The notes: a model not told the origin generated them from the letters alone. 64,000 bases of DNA from Clostridiales bacterium (GCA_015058215.1 SVCU01000010.1:456-64455), one strand, 5' to 3'. Counted from the stretch's first letter, positions 49,712 through 59,840 are shown. Translations and numbers: made by a program.

Positions 49712-50497
49712 TTATTTCTTTTTGTATTCAAACAAGCGATACAGCTTTCTTGAGAAACTGCCTGCATAAAGCTTGGCAAAAACGAATCTTTCAAATCCTC
49801 TTAGCTCGTCTTTGTATTTTTTAGGTATCATTGTATGTTCTTTTACAAAAGTAAGCTCTCCGTTTTGATAAGCCTGCGGATTATCTATGCCATAAACCTC
49901 GGTTACACCTACATCATTTATAGGGTTTCTTCGCTTTGACATTTTTGCCGCAAAAGAAGTATAGCAATCCACCAAAAGCATAAGGTTTTCGAAATGAGTA
50001 CACAGACTATCTGCCAAATTTCGCATTTCATCAACAGTCAGGTACATACTCACGCCTTCCATAACAACAATGGCATATTGGGTTTCCTTAATGCTTGAGA
50101 GCCACTTGCTTTCTCTTGCGTCGCCTGCAATCATTTTGTAGTTATCTGATTCGGTATAGTATCGTTTTCTTTCTTCAATAACTTCTGAAAAATCCACGTC
50201 GTACCACTTATGATTTTCAGTCCCGACTCTTATGACGCGGCTATCCATTCCGCAACCGATATGAATGACCACCGCATTCGGAGCATCCGCCATTTGTTGC
50301 TTTAACCATTCGTCAAATACGGCAGAGCGAACCCCCATATAGTATGCAAGCCACTTCGACTTGGATTTTCCCTTGAGTGCAAATCCTTCTGCTTCCCAGA
50401 TTTCTTCCGCCTTTTTATCTTCAAGAAATATCCCCTTTCTGCTCACATCTGCTTTGCCGTACAAAGGGATATATAACGTTTTATTCACACTGTTCAT
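49712..50497 (-). CDS. Class I SAM-dependent methyltransferase (leucine carboxyl/TcmP-like O-methyltransferase family)
   Basis: VVIHIGCGMDSR SAM motif I. Visibly AT-rich gene. Confidence 0.82.
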   Translation of the reverse strand: MNSVNKTLYIPLYGKADVSRKGIFLEDKKAEEIWEAEGFALKGKSKSKWLAYYMGVRSAVFDEWLKQQMADAPNAVVIHIGCGMDSRVIRVGTENHKWYDVDFSEVIEERKRYYTESDNYKMIAGDARESKWLSSIKETQYAIVVMEGVSMYLTVDEMRNLADSLCTHFENLMLLVDCYTSFAAKMSKRRNPINDVGVTEVYGIDNPQAYQNGELTFVKEHTMIPKKYKDELRGFERFVFAKLYAGSFSRKLYRLFEYKKK

Positions 50498-50690
50498 ATA
50501 CTCACCTACTAATTCCCCTTTGTCTTACTGTACCACAACTATATCATGGCATACTTCTATTCATTTGTCTCGTTTCAGAGATGAGAATGCATAAATGCCT
50601 TTAAAAGTGCATATTTTTTTGTTCACCAATATTTATCTCGGACAGAGAGTAAATTTTACGATCGCTTCTATCAACAATTTTTGATTCATG

Positions 50691-51269
50691 TTATTCTCCC
50701 AGACGGCCGTCATTGTAATGCTTGCGGCACAGGGAAACGTACTTTTCGTTGCCGCCGATTTCGATCTGCGGACCGGTCTTGACCAGTTTTCCGTTTTCGA
50801 TCTTGCCCACCATGGTAGCCTTGCGGCCACACCAGCAGATGGTTTTGATTTCTTCGATCTTGTCGGCGTAAATCAGCATGTATTTGGATCCTTCAAAAAG
50901 TTCGTTACGGAAGTCGTTCTTTAAGCCGTAAGCCAGTACGGGAACGTCACAGCTGTCCACGATCTCCACCAGTTCCTGTACATGGTGCTTCTTTAAAAAC
51001 TGACATTCGTCTACCAGAACGCAGTCCACCTTGCCTTTGGCATCTTCTTCCAGAAACATCTGCAAAATATTGGTTTCTTCGCTGACGGCAATGGCGTCAC
51101 GGCTGAGGCCGGCCCGGGAGACCACTTTCCCTTCTATAAAACGATTGTCCAAAGCAGATGTAAACACCATAACCTTTTTGCCTCGTTCTTCGTAGTTGTA
51201 GGCCACCTTGATCAGGTCGATGGTTTTGCCGGCGTTCATGGTGCTGTAGCGATAATAAAGCTGTGCCAT
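50691..51269 (-). CDS. tdk: Thymidine kinase
   Basis: [10 protein letters not shown]-loop, VDECQF, and Zn-ribbon cysteines CWCGRKAT...LCRKH. Confidence 0.95.
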   Translation of the reverse strand: MAQLYYRYSTMNAGKTIDLIKVAYNYEERGKKVMVFTSALDNRFIEGKVVSRAGLSRDAIAVSEETNILQMFLEEDAKGKVDCVLVDECQFLKKHHVQELVEIVDSCDVPVLAYGLKNDFRNELFEGSKYMLIYADKIEEIKTICWCGRKATMVGKIENGKLVKTGPQIEIGGNEKYVSLCRKHYNDGRLGE

Positions 51270-51357
51270 AAGTTATCCTCCTGCCGCCCGGGGCGGCGCT
51301 TTTTTGCCGCAGCTTCTGCGGCGTTGCCTTTTGTCGCAAATCCTTGCGGCTCTATGT

Positions 51358-52392
51358 TTACAGGTTCTGAATGTCTTTCAGAAGTTCTTCTACGTCTTCT
51401 TCTTTGGTTGCCCAGCTGGTGCAGAACCGGACGGCGTCGCGGCCATCATCCACGGGCTGCCAGTAGCTGTAAGCGTATTTTTTGCCCAAAATTTCCTGCT
51501 GCTGCCTGGTCAGGATGGGGAACTGCTGGTTGGTAACGGAATCCACCAGAAAGTCGCAGCCCGCCGCAGCGAAACCGTCTTTGATCTGCAGGGCCAGAAG
51601 GTCTGCCTTTTTGCCCAGAGCTTCGTACAGACCGTCCTTCATGAGGCCGATGAACTGCAGGCCCAGCAAGCGGCCCTTGGCCAGCATGCCGCCCTGGCGT
51701 TTGATCATGTAGCGGAAATCCTTCTGCAGGGCAGGGTTCGTGATGACCACTGCTTCGCCAAAAAGGGCCCCCACCTTGGTACCGCCCACCGTAAAAATGT
51801 CGCAGAGCGTTGCCACATCTTCGGCGGAAAGATCGCTGCCCGGGGATGCCAGACCGTACCCCAGACGGGCCCCGTCCAGAAACAGGGGCAGACCGCACTT
51901 TCTGCAGGTTTCGGAAAGGGCGGTCAGTTCTTCTTTGGTGTACAGAGTGCCGCATTCCGTGGGATGGGAAATATAAACCATGCCGGGCTGCACGATGTGT
52001 TCGTGGCTGCCGTCGTTTTTCTGTTTCAGATAGGCTGCTTCCACCTGGGCCGCGGTGATTTTGCCGTCGGTCTGAGGAAGTGCCAGCGCTTTGTGTCCGG
52101 TGGCTTCCACCGCACCGGTTTCGTGCACGTGGATGTGGCCTGTCTCAGCGCACAGAACGCCCTGGTAGGGTTTCAGGACGGAAGCGATGATCGTTACATT
52201 GGCCTGGGTGCCCCCCACCAGAAAGTGGATCGCTGCATCAGGAGCGTTGCAATAGGCGCGCACCAAGGCTCTTGCTTCTTCGCAGTAAGGGTCTTCGCTG
52301 TATCCCGGCGTCTGTTCCAGATTGGTTTTGGCCAGCAGGTCCAGAATGACGGGATGGGCGCCTTCGCTGTAATCGCATTCGAATCGAATCAT
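51358..52392 (-). CDS. Low-specificity threonine aldolase / beta-eliminating lyase family (PLP)
   Basis: MIRFECDYSEGAHP N-terminus, with GGTQAN and GGTKVG (PLP Lys) motifs. Start at ATG 52392, after AAAGGAGA. Confidence 0.85.
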   Translation of the reverse strand: MIRFECDYSEGAHPVILDLLAKTNLEQTPGYSEDPYCEEARALVRAYCNAPDAAIHFLVGGTQANVTIIASVLKPYQGVLCAETGHIHVHETGAVEATGHKALALPQTDGKITAAQVEAAYLKQKNDGSHEHIVQPGMVYISHPTECGTLYTKEELTALSETCRKCGLPLFLDGARLGYGLASPGSDLSAEDVATLCDIFTVGGTKVGALFGEAVVITNPALQKDFRYMIKRQGGMLAKGRLLGLQFIGLMKDGLYEALGKKADLLALQIKDGFAAAGCDFLVDSVTNQQFPILTRQQQEILGKKYAYSYWQPVDDGRDAVRFCTSWATKEEDVEELLKDIQNL

Positions 52393-52527
52393 GGTGTGTT
52401 CTCCTTTCGCAGCTTGCCCTTTGGACAATATACATTCAGTATACCATAGATCGCCGTAGAAAAAAAGAGGATTCCACTTTCCGGCGTTTGCGGTATAATG
52501 TTTTTAACACACGTCAAGGAGGATGCC

Positions 52528-52848
52528 ATGCACATCAGCGACGAACTGCTTTGCTACCTGGAAGAGCTGTCCCGCCTTTCCCTCTCTCCTGCGGAAAAAG
52601 AGGCGGTCAAAAAAGATCTTTCGGACATTCTGAATTACATGCAGCAGCTGGATACCCTGCCCCCGGAAGCCGCTTCCGGTCCGTTCGGCAGCACCGCTTC
52701 TGCCGCAGGCTGCAATGCCACTGCGCTGCCGTTTGGAGGCCTTGCCCCGCGGGAAGACCGGGCTGCAGAACCCACTTCTGCGGAAGACCTGCTGCAGAAC
52801 GCTCCGGACCGGGAAGGGCCCTATTTCCGCGTGCCGAAAGCCCTGTGA
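52528..52848 (+). CDS. gatC: Glu/Asp-tRNA amidotransferase subunit C
   Basis: LSRLSLSPAEKEAVKKDLSDILNYMQQLDTL. Start at ATG 52528, after AAGGAGG. Confidence 0.9.
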   Translation: MHISDELLCYLEELSRLSLSPAEKEAVKKDLSDILNYMQQLDTLPPEAASGPFGSTASAAGCNATALPFGGLAPREDRAAEPTSAEDLLQNAPDREGPYFRVPKAL

Positions 52849-52888
52849 CCCCATCCGTTTCTGCAGCAGTCCACCAGCAGGTAACCCC

Positions 52889-54502
52889 ATGAACACTTTG
52901 CAATTTGAACAATATACGGCCCTGGAACTGGGCCGCCTGATACAGAGCCGGCAGGTCAGCAGCCCGGAACTTACCCGCGCCTTTTTGCAGCGTATGAAAG
53001 AAGGTGCTTCTTTCCATGCTTACATTACGGAAACTGCAGAGTTTGCTTTGCAGCAGGCGGAAGCGGTACAGACCAGGCTGGATGCCGGGGAAGTGCTCTC
53101 CCCTCTGGCCGGCGTTCCCGCCGCTGTCAAAGACAACATCTGCACCAAGGGTATCCGCACCACCGCAGGCTCAAAAATGCTGGAATCCTTTGTGCCCCCT
53201 TACGACGCCGCTGTCATGGAACGCTTTGCCGCAGCCGGCAGCGTTCTTTTGGGCAAAACCAACCTGGACGAGTTCGCCATGGGCAGCACCTCGGAAACTT
53301 CTTATTTCGGCCCCGTCCGGAATCCCTGGGATGGGACCCGCAGCCCCGGCGGGTCCTCCGGCGGCAGTGCCGCTGCTGTTTCCGGCGGCCTTGCCGCCTG
53401 GGCTCTCGGTTCCGATACCGGCGGTTCTGTGCGCCAGCCCTGCAGTTTTTGCAATCTGTCGGGCATCAAACCCACTTACGGCTCCCTTTCCCGCTACGGC
53501 CTGATCGCCTATGCCTCTTCCTTCGACCAGATCGGCACCATGGGCCGGGACATTCTGGATGCTGCCGCCGCTCTGGATCTGATTTCCGAAAAGCCCCTGG
53601 GCCTGGCTTCCGTTTACGCAAGCGACTCCCTTGGCAACATCGCTGATGTAAGCGCTGCCAGTGCCTCTGCGCCCTTTGCCGGCCTGCGTATCGGCCTGCC
53701 CGAAGACTGGCTGCAAGGTGCGGATTCTGAAGTGAAAGATGCTGTTCTGGCTGCCGCCAAGACCATGGAAGCTGCCGGGGCTGCCATCGTTCCCCTGCAC
53801 CTTCCGGAACTGGATGCTGCCGTTCCCGCGTACTACGTGATCGCCTGTGCCGAAGCCAGCTCCAATCTGGCCCGCTACGACGGCGTTCGTTACGGCCACC
53901 GCGCTGCCGACGCCAAGGATCTGCAGGATGTTTTTGTAACATCCCGCACCGAAGGCTTCGGCCCCGAAGTGAAGCGCCGCATTCTGCTGGGATCCTTCGT
54001 GCTGAGCGCCGGCCACTACGATGCCTATTACAAAAAAGCCCTGGAGGCCCGCTGTCGCATTGCAGCCGCCTTTGACCGGGCCTTTTCTGCTTGTGACTGC
54101 ATTCTGGCCCCGGCAGCGCCTACCGTCGCTCCCCAACTGACCGGCACTTTTGGTTCCCAAAATACCTCTGCCGGCAATGCTGCCAGCCGTTCCGGGAGCG
54201 CCAGCCCCCAGGACCCCTTGGCCCTGTACAAAGCAGACCTGTACACCGTACCCGCCAACCTGGCCGGCATCCCCGCGGTTTCCGTGCCCTGCGGCTTTTC
54301 TGCAGAAGGCCTTCCCATCGGTCTTCAGCTGATGGGAAAAGCTTGGTCCGAACCCCTGCTGGTACGCACTGCCGCCCTGTGGCAGCAGCTGACCGACTAC
54401 CATAAACAGCGTCCGCTTCGTGACCCTGCGCAGAGGGGTCACGGTACCAATGCGGAAGTGTCCGAACGCACTTCTGCCGCAAAAGGAGGTGCCGCAAAAT
54501 GA
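52889..54502 (+). CDS. gatA: Glu/Asp-tRNA amidotransferase subunit A
   Basis: Amidase signature GGSSGGSAAAV...GSDTGGSVRQP. Carries a low-complexity insert and a C-terminal tail. Confidence 0.95.
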   Translation: MNTLQFEQYTALELGRLIQSRQVSSPELTRAFLQRMKEGASFHAYITETAEFALQQAEAVQTRLDAGEVLSPLAGVPAAVKDNICTKGIRTTAGSKMLESFVPPYDAAVMERFAAAGSVLLGKTNLDEFAMGSTSETSYFGPVRNPWDGTRSPGGSSGGSAAAVSGGLAAWALGSDTGGSVRQPCSFCNLSGIKPTYGSLSRYGLIAYASSFDQIGTMGRDILDAAAALDLISEKPLGLASVYASDSLGNIADVSAASASAPFAGLRIGLPEDWLQGADSEVKDAVLAAAKTMEAAGAAIVPLHLPELDAAVPAYYVIACAEASSNLARYDGVRYGHRAADAKDLQDVFVTSRTEGFGPEVKRRILLGSFVLSAGHYDAYYKKALEARCRIAAAFDRAFSACDCILAPAAPTVAPQLTGTFGSQNTSAGNAASRSGSASPQDPLALYKADLYTVPANLAGIPAVSVPCGFSAEGLPIGLQLMGKAWSEPLLVRTAALWQQLTDYHKQRPLRDPAQRGHGTNAEVSERTSAAKGGAAK

Positions 54503-55980
54503 CCTACGAAATCGTTATGGGTCTGGAAGTCCATGTGGAACTGGATGTCAAAAGCAAGATCTTTTGCAGCTGCAGCACCGCCTTCGGAGCGGTCCCCAAC
54601 AGCCAGGTCTGCCCCGTCTGTCTGGGCCTTCCCGGTACCCTTCCCAGCCTTAATAAAGAAGTTGTTAACAAGACGGTCAAGGCCGGACTTGTTTTGGGCT
54701 GCAACGTTGCAAATAGAACGGTTTTCGACCGCAAGAACTATTTCTATCCCGATCTGCCGAAAGCCTATCAGATCAGCCAGCTTTACGCCCCTATTTGCAC
54801 AAATGGCCGTTTGGAAATCGAAACTCCCGAAGGCCCTTACACCATCGGCATCCACGAACTTCACATGGAAGAAGACGCGGGCAAGCTGATCCACCAGCCG
54901 GATGCAACCCTCATCGATTACAACCGCTGCGGCGTTCCCCTCATCGAGATCGTCACCGAGCCGGACTTCCGTACCGCAGACCAGGTGCAGGCCTTTTTGG
55001 AACGTCTCCGGGAAGATCTCTCCTACCAGGAGATCTCCGACTGCAAGATGCAGGAAGGTTCCATGCGCGTGGACGTGAACCTTTCCGTTCGCCCTGAAGG
55101 CAGCACTCTTCTTGGCACCCGCACCGAAATGAAAAACCTCAGTTCCTTCCGTTCCATCCGCCGTGCCATCGCTGCAGAATCTGCCCGCCAGATCGCCCTT
55201 TTGGAATCCGGCGGTACCGTGGTGCAGGAGACCCGCCGCTTCGATGAAGCCAGCGGCCAGACCTTCTCCATGCGCACCAAGGAGAACGCTCAGGACTACC
55301 GTTACTTCCCCGATCCCGATCTTCCACCCGTGAAGATCGATGACCGCTGGATCGCCCGCATCCGCCGCACCATCACCGAATCTCCCTCTGCAAAGCGCGC
55401 CCGCTACCAAAAGGATCTGGGCATCCCCAAGGAAACAGCAGATTCCCTCACCTATTACAAGGAAACGGCGGCCCTCTTTGAAAACACCGCCCTGCGCCTG
55501 GAGGAAGATGCCTACCGCACCTGCTGCGGCATCCATCCCACCGGCGACGCTGCCCTGGGTCGCATCCGCATTGCCGCCACTCTCATCGCCGGCGACGTGC
55601 TGCGCCTGCTGCGGGAAACCGCCACACCTGCAGAAACCTTGACGCTATCCCCTGCCTCCCTGGCCTGGCTTTCCAGCCTTCTGGAAGGGGACCGCATCAC
55701 CCGTGCCTCTGCCCGCGACGCACTGGAAGCTTTCTTTGCAGAAGGTACTCTGCCGGAAGATTACATCCGCAGCCACAACCTTCTGATCGAAAAAAACGAC
55801 GCCCTGCTTTCCGAAATCATTTCCAAGGTTCTGGAAGAACAGGCCGCCAGCGCAGAAGAATACCGCAACGGCAAAGAAAAGGTCCTGGGATTCCTGGTGG
55901 GCCAGGTCATGAAACAGCTGAACGGCAAAGCCAGCCCCAAAGACGTGAACCGCCTGCTGCTGGAACACTTAAAAAATTAA
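54499..55980 (+). CDS. gatB: Glu/Asp-tRNA amidotransferase subunit B
   Basis: MTYEIVMGLEVHVEL, CPVCLGLPG, and a C-terminal GatB_Yqey domain. ATGA overlap with gatA. Confidence 0.95.
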   Translation: MTYEIVMGLEVHVELDVKSKIFCSCSTAFGAVPNSQVCPVCLGLPGTLPSLNKEVVNKTVKAGLVLGCNVANRTVFDRKNYFYPDLPKAYQISQLYAPICTNGRLEIETPEGPYTIGIHELHMEEDAGKLIHQPDATLIDYNRCGVPLIEIVTEPDFRTADQVQAFLERLREDLSYQEISDCKMQEGSMRVDVNLSVRPEGSTLLGTRTEMKNLSSFRSIRRAIAAESARQIALLESGGTVVQETRRFDEASGQTFSMRTKENAQDYRYFPDPDLPPVKIDDRWIARIRRTITESPSAKRARYQKDLGIPKETADSLTYYKETAALFENTALRLEEDAYRTCCGIHPTGDAALGRIRIAATLIAGDVLRLLRETATPAETLTLSPASLAWLSSLLEGDRITRASARDALEAFFAEGTLPEDYIRSHNLLIEKNDALLSEIISKVLEEQAASAEEYRNGKEKVLGFLVGQVMKQLNGKASPKDVNRLLLEHLKN

Positions 55981-55993
55981 CCACACACAAAAA

Positions 55994-56021
55994 GAACCCG
56001 GAAGATCCGGGTTCTTTTCTT
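55994..56021. terminator. Bidirectional rho-independent terminator
   Basis: A-run, GAACCCGG-AAGAT-CCGGGTTC, then TTTT. Confidence 0.75.
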
Positions 56022-56042
56022 TCAGCCATCTTTTGGTTTCAC

Positions 56043-57719
56043 TTACCAGACGGATCCTTCTTTCGGATTTCGCACCGGTTCATACCGTCGCTCTCCGAGG
56101 CCGTCAATCCCTGCAATTTCAACAACTACGCCCTCTTTCAGCATAAAGAGAAGCGTGCAGTCCGTCCCATCCTCCGGCGCAAAGCACAGGATGGAATCGT
56201 AAGCCGGAAGGCCATCCTCCGCCTCATTGTATTGCACATTCTCTACGAAAAACGCTTCCGGATATGCCGTCTGCACCTGATCGGCTGTCTGCCCGACCCG
56301 CACACCACGAGGCGTTTCGAACCGATCACTGGTGACAGAAAACGAATAAATCCAGCCCAGATTGATTCCCATTGTATAATTATAGATCTTCGCCTCCTGA
56401 AAACCGTCATAAACCGTACAAGTATAACAATCGGCATAATTTGTTACCTTTCCACCGTCCAGTTCCCAACCTTCTCCACTTCTTTCCGGCAGCTCATACC
56501 AGATTTCATGGCGACCGCTACCAATATCGACCGTAAACGGAGAGTTTCCATACCCCTGAACCGGTATGATAAAGTCCAAATCTGCAAGCATGCGGTATTC
56601 TTCCAGAGCCGATTGATTTTCTTTCTCGTATGCTGCTCCGCGCCCTTCCACTTCTCCGTTCTGTTCAAGATACCAATTCAGTGCTTGGTTTACATCTTGC
56701 CAATCTAAAAACTGTTCTACTGCACCATCGATATATTTATTTTCTGCAATACGGAGTTCCGGCAGCATCAGTTCTCCGGCGGTCAAATGCTCCCGTTCCA
56801 GAATTTTTCCATCCGGCTGATAAATGAACAAAAACAGGACCGGGCTGTTTTCACGGACACGTCCATCTTCGCCAAATACAAAAGCCGAATTACCGTTATC
56901 AGGCAAAGGCAAAACTTTCACCGAATACTCCAATCGATACGCAGAAAATTGACCACAATCACCCAGAGCAGGCCATTCAATATTCGTCGGATATACTTTT
57001 ACGAGTTCCATTGCTTCGATCTGAAGATCGCTCCAGGTTCCTGCCGCAAACAGCGTATCTGCACGCTTTGCAAGCTGCTCTCGTGCAATAACTTCCAGTT
57101 CGTTTTGATCTACCGGGTACCGTTGTTCAAGATTCTCTTTATAGCGATCCAATACTTTTGTTTCTTCTTTACGCACCAGGTTCGGCTTGGCTGGTCCCAA
57201 AGACTCTGCAGAAAGTTCGTAGAGATCCAGGATGATCCCATCCTGGGGAAAACCGGAATACCGGACATTGCTGATCGCGGTTACATAGCCGGTCACATTT
57301 TCATCAAACCCGTGACCACAGATTACATATAGTTTTGCGGTTTCCGCGCCATCCGAAAACTCGTGCAATGCAGCTGTGTTGGGTTTCACATCACTTTCAC
57401 TGCCGAAGATTTTCCAGCGATTCGGAAATATGGGATTTGGCCGATATGCACAAAGGACACCATTTCCCTTTTCATCCAGGCAATAGGCGATGAGCCAATT
57501 TCCTTCCTGTTCCGTTCTCGCAATCTCCAGATTTTCTTGCAGATGCTCAGAAGTCTGTTTTTCCAAACCTTCCGGGTCATCGCCGGAGACTGTGGTAAAC
57601 CAGTGATAGGCCGCAATCCCGGCTGCCAAGCCCAATAAAATGCACAAAAGAAGCAGGGCTGCCGGCCGGGCCGGCACCCTCTGCTTCTTTTTGGATTCGA
57701 AGTTCATGTTTTTATTCAT
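56043..57719 (-). CDS. Membrane-anchored hypothetical protein (558 aa)
   Basis: N-terminal signal anchor ARPAALLLLCILLGLAAGIAAY followed by a large extracytoplasmic body. I recognise no motif. AT-richer than the neighbouring genes. Confidence 0.7.
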   Translation of the reverse strand: MNKNMNFESKKKQRVPARPAALLLLCILLGLAAGIAAYHWFTTVSGDDPEGLEKQTSEHLQENLEIARTEQEGNWLIAYCLDEKGNGVLCAYRPNPIFPNRWKIFGSESDVKPNTAALHEFSDGAETAKLYVICGHGFDENVTGYVTAISNVRYSGFPQDGIILDLYELSAESLGPAKPNLVRKEETKVLDRYKENLEQRYPVDQNELEVIAREQLAKRADTLFAAGTWSDLQIEAMELVKVYPTNIEWPALGDCGQFSAYRLEYSVKVLPLPDNGNSAFVFGEDGRVRENSPVLFLFIYQPDGKILEREHLTAGELMLPELRIAENKYIDGAVEQFLDWQDVNQALNWYLEQNGEVEGRGAAYEKENQSALEEYRMLADLDFIIPVQGYGNSPFTVDIGSGRHEIWYELPERSGEGWELDGGKVTNYADCYTCTVYDGFQEAKIYNYTMGINLGWIYSFSVTSDRFETPRGVRVGQTADQVQTAYPEAFFVENVQYNEAEDGLPAYDSILCFAPEDGTDCTLLFMLKEGVVVEIAGIDGLGERRYEPVRNPKEGSVW

Positions 57720-57789
57720 GGTGCACCTCCGTTCAAAAGTCCGTCGAAGGCTGCGAAAGATTGGGAAATGCGCTTTTCAGAGTTTGGAC

Positions 57790-58326
57790 TTAGAACCAGT
57801 AATCCGGGCTCAGTCTCCACAGAATGTCCTCTACCACATAGCTGCCGGCGGTGCCGATGGAAACAACAGTCAGCAGCAGGAACAGGAAAATGGGGATCAC
57901 CAGCATGCAGATCAGCAGGATCCAGAGACTCTTGTTGTTGGCAGGAGGTGCGGTCACGATGGTGGGCGTTCTGCCTTCGGGCTGCGCAGCGCCGCACTTG
58001 GTGCAGGCCTTCCAGTGATACTGCACGGGGTTCCCGCATTCCGGACATTTCAGCTGCAGCTGCGTGCCGCAGGTGGGACAGGTGTGGTAGTTCAGATCCA
58101 CACGGCCGTGGCAGTGGGCGCAGAGATACATGGAGTAATCCCGGCGAATGACGAAGTAAATGATCACACCGATCAGGCTGGGGACCAGAGCGGCGATCAG
58201 AGCCCAGACCATGGCTTCCATGCCGCGGCTCTTGGCATCGCGGTAGACGATCATGCCGATCACAATGGGCACGCCTACGCTGAGGGCAAGAATCAGCAGA
58301 AAGAAGAACAAACCAAACAGTGCCAT
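57790..58326 (-). CDS. Membrane protein with a cytoplasmic double zinc-ribbon
   Basis: Start at MALFGLFFFLL (ATG 58326), after AAGGAGG. TM segments flank CAHCHG...CPTCG...CPECG...CTKCG. Confidence 0.75.
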   Translation of the reverse strand: MALFGLFFFLLILALSVGVPIVIGMIVYRDAKSRGMEAMVWALIAALVPSLIGVIIYFVIRRDYSMYLCAHCHGRVDLNYHTCPTCGTQLQLKCPECGNPVQYHWKACTKCGAAQPEGRTPTIVTAPPANNKSLWILLICMLVIPIFLFLLLTVVSIGTAGSYVVEDILWRLSPDYWF

Positions 58327-58483
58327 ATTGTATACCTCCTTTTTCGGAAAGACGTTTCGTTTTGAAAGAAACACAGAACTTCTGCGTTCGACAATATTAT
58401 ACAATATGTCATAGAACATCGCAAAAGAAATCCGTATTTGTAATAAAAACGTCAGATTTTTGACACATCTTCCCGCAATCAAT

Positions 58484-58512
58484 TTGACGCAACTTTTCTG
58501 TCGTGGTAAAAT
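58484..58512 (+). promoter_or_regulatory. SigmaA-type promoter with extended -10
   Basis: TTGACG, 17-nt spacer, (TGg)TAAAAT, about 100 nt upstream of the SDR gene. Confidence 0.5.
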
Positions 58513-58610
58513 TCATAAAGATTCAGTTCAACCGTTTTCAGCAGCCGAACAGCACCTCGCTGCGTCGCTGCGGGATCATCGATTGAAAATACTTTGGAGG
58601 TACATGAAAA

Positions 58611-59378
58611 ATGAGCAATTTGTTTGATCTCACCGGTAAAATCGCTGTGGTGACCGGTGCTTCTTCCGGTCTGGGCCGTCAGTTCGCCCTTGCTCTTGCA
58701 AAAGAAGGCGCCAATGTTGCCATCCTCGCAAGAAGAACCGAAAAGCTGGCCAAGGTCAAAGAAGAAGTGGAGGCTCTCGGTGTGGAATGCATTTCCGTCA
58801 GATGCGACGTTTTGGATAATGAAAGCATCAAGAGCGCTGTTGCTTCTGTAGTAGAACGCTTCGGCAGAATCGATATTCTGGTCAACAATGCCGGTGTCGG
58901 TTCCGGTGCTCCTGCCGAATCCCAGGACGATGCCCTTTGGAATATGACCATCAACACCAACCTGAACGGTGTTTACTTCGTCGCACGGGAAGTCGGTAAG
59001 GTTATGATCCAGCAGAACTATGGCAAGATCATCAACATCGGTTCCATCCACTCCAGCGTTTCCATGAACGGCAGCCCCATCACCGCATACTGTGCAAGCA
59101 AAGGTGCTGTTGCCATGCTGACCAAGTCTCTGGCTGCCGAATGGGCCAAGTACAACATCACCGTAAATGCCATCGGCCCCGCTTACTTCGAAAGCGAAAT
59201 GACCGATCAGGTCATCAATACGCCTGAATTTGCTCAGGCCCTGATGGTTTACTGCCCCATGGGCAGAGCCGGTAAGGCCGGTGAACTGGACGGTGCAGTG
59301 GTCTACTTCGCATCCGATGCTTCCAGCTATACCACCGGTCAGCTTCTGACCGTAGACGGCGGCTGGACCACCATCTAA
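58611..59378 (+). CDS. SDR-family oxidoreductase (gluconate 5-dehydrogenase/FabG-like)
   Basis: VTGASSGLGRQ cofactor motif, NNAG, and YCASKGAV catalytic YxxxK. Confidence 0.9.
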   Translation: MSNLFDLTGKIAVVTGASSGLGRQFALALAKEGANVAILARRTEKLAKVKEEVEALGVECISVRCDVLDNESIKSAVASVVERFGRIDILVNNAGVGSGAPAESQDDALWNMTINTNLNGVYFVAREVGKVMIQQNYGKIINIGSIHSSVSMNGSPITAYCASKGAVAMLTKSLAAEWAKYNITVNAIGPAYFESEMTDQVINTPEFAQALMVYCPMGRAGKAGELDGAVVYFASDASSYTTGQLLTVDGGWTTI

Positions 59379-59396
59379 CCGATCGCAGAGATAAAG

Positions 59397-59425
59397 AAAA
59401 GCCGTTCCATCGGAACGGCTTTTTC
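59397..59425 (+). terminator. Rho-independent terminator after the SDR gene
   Basis: GCCGTTC-CATCG-GAACGGC followed by TTTTT. Confidence 0.7.
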
Positions 59426-59440
59426 CATTGCGGGAAAGGA

Positions 59441-59468
59441 AAAAACCCTTGCATTTGCAAGGGTTTTT
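59441..59468 (-). terminator. Terminator at the end of the tRNA operon
   Basis: On the minus strand: CCCTTGC-AAAT-GCAAGGG followed by TTTTTT. Confidence 0.65.
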
Positions 59469-59472
59469 CGCG

Positions 59473-59548
59473 TGGTGCCCAGAACCGGAATCGAACCAGT
59501 GACACGCAAATTTTCAGTCTGCTGCTCTACCTACTGAGCTATCTGGGC
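59473..59548 (-). tRNA. tRNA-Phe(GAA)
   Basis: Cloverleaf folded by eye. Anticodon loop CU-GAA-AA, acceptor GCCCAGA/UCUGGGC, encoded CCA. Confidence 0.9.
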
Positions 59549-59567
59549 AGGTTATTCTTTTGTAAAA

Positions 59568-59644
59568 TGGTGGGCCATCAGGGACTTGAACCCAGGACCC
59601 GCCGGTTATGAGCCGGATGCTCTGACCTACTGAGCTAATGGCCC
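59568..59644 (-). tRNA. tRNA with CAU anticodon (elongator Met or lysidine-modified Ile2; not initiator)
   Basis: Anticodon loop CU-CAU-AA. The 1:72 pair is G-C and there is no GGG/CCC anticodon stem. Encoded CCA. Confidence 0.85.
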
Positions 59645-59665
59645 GCAACTTTCGACGATGCAGTT

Positions 59666-59742
<77 letters not shown>

Positions 59743-59764
59743 TCGAGGTGGTGTTTTGAAAAAA

Positions 59765-59840
59765 TGGCAGGGGCAGAAGGACTCGAACCCTCGGCACGTG
59801 GTTTTGGAGACCACTGCTCTACCAACTGAGCTATACCCCT
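59765..59840 (-). tRNA. tRNA-Trp(CCA)
   Basis: Anticodon loop CU-CCA-AA, AGGGGUA acceptor with G discriminator, encoded CCA. Confidence 0.9.

Noticed and set aside
51270-51357. Two GC-rich hairpins (GCCGCC-CGG-GGCGGC and GCCGCAG-CTT-CTGCGGC) between the threonine aldolase gene and tdk, considered as terminators
   Set aside because: Their T-runs are on the plus strand, while both flanking genes are on the minus strand. They may be a leader or processing structure for tdk, but I cannot support a specific call.
59568-59644. CAU-anticodon tRNA as the initiator tRNA-fMet
   Set aside because: Position 1:72 is a G-C pair, not the C-A mismatch of initiators. The anticodon stem lacks the three consecutive G-C pairs (it reads C-G, G-C, G-C).
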